The notes under the pieces are model-generated. The model worked only from the letters and a program-made list of their open reading frames with translations. It searched no databases and was not told the DNA's origin. The position numbers were made by a program, and so were the translations under genes. A stretch of 64,000 nt of DNA, from positions 85,227 to 149,226 of the forward strand of contig CAJMQJ010000002.1 in assembly GCA_905215525.1 (NCBI GenBank), given 5' to 3'. Shown here one piece after another: positions 60,119 through 64,000 of this stretch. Origin of the DNA: an uncultured bacterium. Its GTDB lineage: Bacteria > Actinomycetota > Coriobacteriia > Coriobacteriales > Coriobacteriaceae. The first letter of the stretch is position 1. Every line of letters begins with the position of its first letter.

Positions 60119-60730
60119 ATGAACCATGCTAAACATGTTATCCCGATGTCCGATACGTCGGTCAGCATTAAGCCTGAGGATATTCAGCCGACGGTTCTGC
60201 CGGATGCATTTATTCAGTCCGATATGGTGGGTAAACTCAACGCGTTGAGCCTGCCACGCTATGACCAGCTGCCCAACGTAACGCTCTATCGCGATCAGGT
60301 TATTGAATATGTTGCGCTGTGGATGGAGCCGCTTTCGATTTGCGTAGAGCAACCCGTTATCACGCCATCGATGATCAATAACTACGTAAAGGTCGGCCTC
60401 GTTCCTGCTCCGGTTAAAAAGCAGTATGGCCGTGAGCAGATTGCGCGTCTCATCGCCATTTGTATCTTTAAGCAGGTGCTGCCCATCGCTGCGGTTCAGG
60501 CGCTCTTTAATATTCAGCGCTTGAGCTACGACGCTCCGACGGCTTTCGATTATGTTGTCGATCAGCTCGAGGCATCGATTCGTGCGGCGTTTTCTGTTGA
60601 GCAGACTCCCGTGCCCGATACCGCACATCAGGTTACGCGCGAATCGTTGCTCGTGCGCAGTGCGGTATCGTCCTTCGTTTCGAAGGCGTATCTGATGAGC
60701 TATCTCAAGTTCAATGGGTTTAATAGCTAA
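60119..60730 (+). CDS. DUF1836-family protein (DegV-associated)
   Basis: About 200 aa protein convergent with a degV gene, the common DUF1836/DegV pairing. Family assigned by context and general sequence character only. Confidence 0.45.
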   Translation: MNHAKHVIPMSDTSVSIKPEDIQPTVLPDAFIQSDMVGKLNALSLPRYDQLPNVTLYRDQVIEYVALWMEPLSICVEQPVITPSMINNYVKVGLVPAPVKKQYGREQIARLIAICIFKQVLPIAAVQALFNIQRLSYDAPTAFDYVVDQLEASIRAAFSVEQTPVPDTAHQVTRESLLVRSAVSSFVSKAYLMSYLKFNGFNS

Positions 60731-60802
60731 CCGAGGTATAAGATGGGCGGGATAAAGAGCCAATGGCTCCTTATCCCGCCCATACGTTTGTCTAGTTGGA
60801 TA

Positions 60803-61669
60803 TTATCGGCCCGACGCCACGCCCATACCGTAGCCGATAATGAGGCCGTGCATCTCGGCATAGTATGAATCTAGCCCGTTACAGGGCATGATAATCGTCT
60901 TGGAGCCGGGCCAATGCTCCACAATGCGGCTGGCAAGTGCTTGGGCGCCCGCCTCATTCTCGACATGGTCGATAACGACCTCGCCGCCGGTAAAGCCTGC
61001 GGCCTCCATGGTGTCGACAATCTTGGTGAGCATCTTCTTTTCGCCGCGGGTGTGCCCAACGAGTTCAATTTTGCCCGCTTCGCTCGCCGTGCCCAAAATG
61101 CGGATATTGAGCTTGTTGGCAATGACGCCGGCTGCCTTAGGGATACGTCCGGCTTTGGCCAGGTTTTCGTAATTGCACAAGCTGAAGAGGATTTTGCTGT
61201 TCTGCTCAAGGCTATTGAAGTATGCGCAAGCGTCCTCGAATGAGACATCCGGATTGCTTGCAAGATACCGGTCGAACAGCAGTAAGATCAGGTCCATTTT
61301 GCCGCCGGCTCCGCGTGAATTGACCAAATGAATTTGACGGTTCGGCTCCTCGGCAAGAACCAAATCGCGTGCCGTGGCGGCGGCGTTATAGCTCCCCGAT
61401 ACGCCCTCCGAGATGGGCATACAAATCGTCTTGTCGGCAAGCCTAAAGAGTTCGGTCCACTCGCCTACGCTCGGACAGGCGCTCGAAGAAGCGCTCGACT
61501 CCGCCTGCACGGCGCAATTGAGTTCGTGAACGTCGAGCGTGAGGTCATCGACGAACTCGCGCTCCCCCACTCGAATTTTGAGGGGTGCAAATGCAAAGGT
61601 GGTATGGGGCGCGGTCGGTTGCCAATCGCGGAGGTTACAGCTCGAATCGGAGATAAGTGCCCAGCTCAT
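60803..61669 (-). CDS. DegV-family fatty-acid-binding protein
   Basis: DegV fold signatures (…ISDSSCNL…, SGSYNAA, GYGMGV). Confidence 0.8.
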   Translation of the reverse strand: MSWALISDSSCNLRDWQPTAPHTTFAFAPLKIRVGEREFVDDLTLDVHELNCAVQAESSASSSACPSVGEWTELFRLADKTICMPISEGVSGSYNAAATARDLVLAEEPNRQIHLVNSRGAGGKMDLILLLFDRYLASNPDVSFEDACAYFNSLEQNSKILFSLCNYENLAKAGRIPKAAGVIANKLNIRILGTASEAGKIELVGHTRGEKKMLTKIVDTMEAAGFTGGEVVIDHVENEAGAQALASRIVEHWPGSKTIIMPCNGLDSYYAEMHGLIIGYGMGVASGR

Positions 61670-61780
61670 AGAGGGTCCTTTCTATATGCTTCTCAATCAT
61701 TATAGCTATATTGCTCACCGATGAAGCGTGCATCTAGTATTGAAAACTAGCACATTAGGATCATGTATGGAGCACGGTCA

Positions 61781-61821
61781 TAAATAAATGAACCTCGCAG
61801 CTCAAAGGCCACGAGGTTCAC
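61781..61821 (-). terminator. Rho-independent terminator of the NlpC/P60 gene (minus strand)
   Basis: TGAACCTCG…CGAGGTTCA hairpin followed, on the minus strand, by UUUAUUUAU. Confidence 0.65.
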
Positions 61822-61844
61822 CTTCGTTCGCTATACAGAGTGAC

Positions 61845-62966
61845 TTAGTAGCGCACGAAAATGTAGTTGTTGTTCATACCGGCTGCGACGGAACTGATGA
61901 TGACGCCCGTTTTGTAGTCGGAAGCATGGATCATCTGACCATTACCGATATAGATGCCGGTATGGTAGGAGTTAACCACAACATCGCCGGGTTGCGGATC
62001 GGACACACGGGTCCAACCCATGAAGTCGACCGTGGTGCCCAGACGGCAGTAGCGTCCCGTGAGGCAATAGCTTACAAAACCGGAGCAGTCAAAGCTGTTC
62101 GGCCCAATGCCACCCCAAGAGTAAGCGTATCCGAGCTTGCTATAGGCACGCGAAACAACGGAACCGCCGTCAACGGACTGGCTCGGTGCGGAAGGCGTCG
62201 GAGCCGGAGCCGGAGCCGGAGCGGGCGTCGGGGGCTGCGGAGTGGGAGCGGGCGCGGGCGTGTTTCCGCCGCCGTCGTTGGTCGTACCGCCACCCTTGTT
62301 GGTGTTCTCGCTCGTACCGGCGGTGTCGTTGCTCACCGTGGCCTTTTCGGCGGTGCTAGCATTTATGCCAGCCTGCAGCGCGGCGTTGGCCTGGGCCTCG
62401 GCAGCAAGCTCGGCCTGCAACTGTGAATCCAGGGAGTTCACGACACTCTGGGCTTCAGCCTGCTGGGCGTTAAGCTCATCGACCTTCTTTTGCGTGGTGG
62501 CGACGTTCTTCTCCTGCTCGGCCTGCTTATCGGTGAGCTGCTGCTTAAGCTCCTTGACCTCTTGAATGGTCTGAGCCTGCTTATCGGAAACTTTGCCGTA
62601 GTAGAACAGACGGTTGAGCATATCGCTCAGGTCATCGACGCCGGTCAGAACCTGAAGCAGGCTCAGACCGCCGGTTTTGTACTCGCCGGCGACATAGGTC
62701 GAGAGCTTGGCCTGACCGTCAGCGATCTCCTGCTGCTTTTGCGTGATCTCGCCAGCAGTCTGATCGAGCGCCTGCGTCTGCGTGGCGAGCTCATCGTAAA
62801 TCTGCTGGGTTTGGGTACCGATCTGCTCGAGCTTCGTACGAGCAGCGGCAAGGTCGGATGCGGTATCGGCGTAGGCAGGAGCCGCGAGGCCCAAGCCCAA
62901 AACACAAGCGAGGGTTGCCGTAGCAGCGCAGCGTGCCATGTTTTTGTGCGTGTTTGCTGTGCGCAT
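61845..62966 (-). CDS. Secreted NlpC/P60 peptidoglycan endopeptidase with N-terminal coiled-coil (CwlO/RipA-like) and Pro-rich linker
   Basis: Signal peptide, about 200 aa coiled-coil, PAPAPTPQPPTPAPAPAPAP linker and C-terminal NlpC/P60 domain (YSWGG…FDCSGFV…H). Confidence 0.85.
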   Translation of the reverse strand: MRTANTHKNMARCAATATLACVLGLGLAAPAYADTASDLAAARTKLEQIGTQTQQIYDELATQTQALDQTAGEITQKQQEIADGQAKLSTYVAGEYKTGGLSLLQVLTGVDDLSDMLNRLFYYGKVSDKQAQTIQEVKELKQQLTDKQAEQEKNVATTQKKVDELNAQQAEAQSVVNSLDSQLQAELAAEAQANAALQAGINASTAEKATVSNDTAGTSENTNKGGGTTNDGGGNTPAPAPTPQPPTPAPAPAPAPTPSAPSQSVDGGSVVSRAYSKLGYAYSWGGIGPNSFDCSGFVSYCLTGRYCRLGTTVDFMGWTRVSDPQPGDVVVNSYHTGIYIGNGQMIHASDYKTGVIISSVAAGMNNNYIFVRY

Positions 62967-62998
62967 GTAGCTTCCTTTCCAGTAACTAAGGGTAACGG

Positions 62999-63544
62999 CT
63001 AGTCCACCGTCACCAGGCTAAAGAGCTCAACATCGTCGTCAGTCGGCGTGAGCTTCTCGCGCGGGTTGAGAAACGCAAGCTCAAGGATACACCCGTAACC
63101 CACAAGCTTTGCGCCCATATCTCGCACCAGTTTACCTGTTGCCTCGACGGTTCCGCCCGTCGCGACCAAGTCGTCCAGAATCAACACGGTATCTTTAGAG
63201 GTAATGGCATCGGCATGGATCTCGATAGAGTCGGTGCCGTATTCGAGCTCATAGCTCTGGCTCACCGTCTTGCGGGGTAGCTTGCCCGGTTTACGTGCGG
63301 GAACAAAGCCGGCACCAAGGGCCACAGCCACCGGTACGCCAACCATAAAGCCGCGAGCCTCGGGACCCACGACCTTGGTGATTCCCATGCCGGCAAAGTG
63401 CTCGGCTAGGGCATCGGTCATGGCTTTGAGCGCCTCGGGATTGCCAAAGAGCGGCGTGATGTCTTTAAAGATGACTCCGGGCTCGGGATAGTCGGGGATG
63501 TCGACGATTTGAGATTCGAAGTCGTACATTGCATGACCTTTCAA
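62999..63544 (-). CDS. apt: Adenine phosphoribosyltransferase
   Basis: PRTase motif VLILDDLVATGGT. Apt N-terminal PDYPEPGVIFKDITP. Confidence 0.9.
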   Translation of the reverse strand: MKGHAMYDFESQIVDIPDYPEPGVIFKDITPLFGNPEALKAMTDALAEHFAGMGITKVVGPEARGFMVGVPVAVALGAGFVPARKPGKLPRKTVSQSYELEYGTDSIEIHADAITSKDTVLILDDLVATGGTVEATGKLVRDMGAKLVGYGCILELAFLNPREKLTPTDDDVELFSLVTVD

Positions 63545-63569
63545 TGGGTTGCCGGATAAGCGGCAGCTG

Positions 63570-64000
63570 TTATTTGCCCGCGGTGGCGGTGCCGGTTTGC
63601 GAAGGGGCGACGACCTTGAGCGGCTTTACGAGAGAATCCTCGTGCGAAGCCGGCGCGACAGTTTCTTCGTTTTTGGCCTTGGTGGACTCGGAGCGAGCGA
63701 TTTCCTCATCGAGTGCATCGATGTCGGCGTCCTCGACCACGGCGTTGAGCGACTCAAAAACGCGGTTCTTGAGCAGTGCCGTATGCACACCCTCGGTGAG
63801 GTCGTGAAGCTTCTTAAACGCACGCTCGAGCTTGGCGTCGCGCTCGTCATCGGAGGTGTCCATGCCGAGCATGCTTACGAGCACTTGCTCAAACATCGAG
63901 GATTCGCGGTTGGCGGAAGACACGTACTGACGCAGGTTGCGCGGCTCGATGTGGAAGCGTGACAGCTCGGAGCAGTAGCGGATGATCGGAAAATCGCGAC
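63570..64000 (-). CDS. 3' portion of a gene running off the window end (unidentified; acidic C-terminal tail)
   Basis: Open frame continues to nt 64000 (…RDFPIIRYCSELSRFHIEPRNLRQYVSSAN…). Upstream of apt, a position often occupied by recJ or secF, but there is no recognisable motif in the visible part. Confidence 0.3.
   Translation of the reverse strand, partial: RDFPIIRYCSELSRFHIEPRNLRQYVSSANRESSMFEQVLVSMLGMDTSDDERDAKLERAFKKLHDLTEGVHTALLKNRVFESLNAVVEDADIDALDEEIARSESTKAKNEETVAPASHEDSLVKPLKVVAPSQTGTATAGK

Noticed and set aside
62195-62260. GGAGCC hexamer repeats in the NlpC/P60 gene
   Set aside because: They encode the Pro-Ala/Thr-rich interdomain linker (PAPAPTPQPP…). This is a coding low-complexity region, not a regulatory repeat.

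Overview
This 64 kb window is high-GC (about 60%) and gene-dense, and reads as conserved chromosomal core rather than an accessory island. The gene order suggests an Actinobacteria-like genome, possibly Coriobacteriia (inference). It combines actinobacterial arrangements (mihF-gmk-rpoZ; lexA divergent from a LysM gene and followed by nrdR; miaA abutting hflX with no hfq) with a Firmicutes-like block (rodZ-like/yajQ/rimO/pgsA/cinA/recA/recX/rny/spoVS) and an adhE gene. Recognisable genes on the + strand are rseP (3' end), ispG, proS, the pyrR-pyrB-pyrC-pyrK-pyrD-pyrF operon, mihF-gmk-rpoZ-thiI, comEA-comEC-holA, rpsT, lepA-dus-hemW, a membrane-anchored J-domain protein followed by dnaJ, mtaB, phoH-ybeY-dgkA-era-recO, rpsO-pnp, rnj-ftsK-rodZ-like, yajQ-rimO-pgsA-cinA, recA-recX, rny, a GHKL-ATPase protein, spoVS, miaB-miaA-hflX, a LysM gene, nrdR-dut, trxB and a DUF1836 gene. 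On the - strand are an APH-like kinase, adhE, rpmB, a DUF1624 membrane protein, lexA, a GT28 glycosyltransferase, degV, an NlpC/P60 hydrolase, apt and a 3'-truncated gene. I found no CRISPR array, defence island or obvious toxin-antitoxin pair. The signals not explained by annotated features are: (i) two unrelated families of large, near-perfect palindromic elements, each present as two inverted-orientation copies with compensatory arm or stem changes, downstream of pnp/upstream of rnj and downstream of dut; (ii) an HuH-Y1 (RAYT/IS200-like) transposase flanked by about 50 bp inverted REP-like repeats next to the adhE promoter; (iii) a DnaJ paralogue whose C-terminal domain is replaced by a multi-pass membrane anchor, at a locus lacking hrcA/CIRCE; (iv) a GHKL-ATPase protein of unknown function between rny and spoVS; (v) SOS operator architecture at recA and at the lexA/LysM divergon, plus helically phased repeats upstream of recA. 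All coordinates of repeats and sites were derived by reading the sequence by eye, are consistent with flanking ORF boundaries, and may be off by 1-2 nt.
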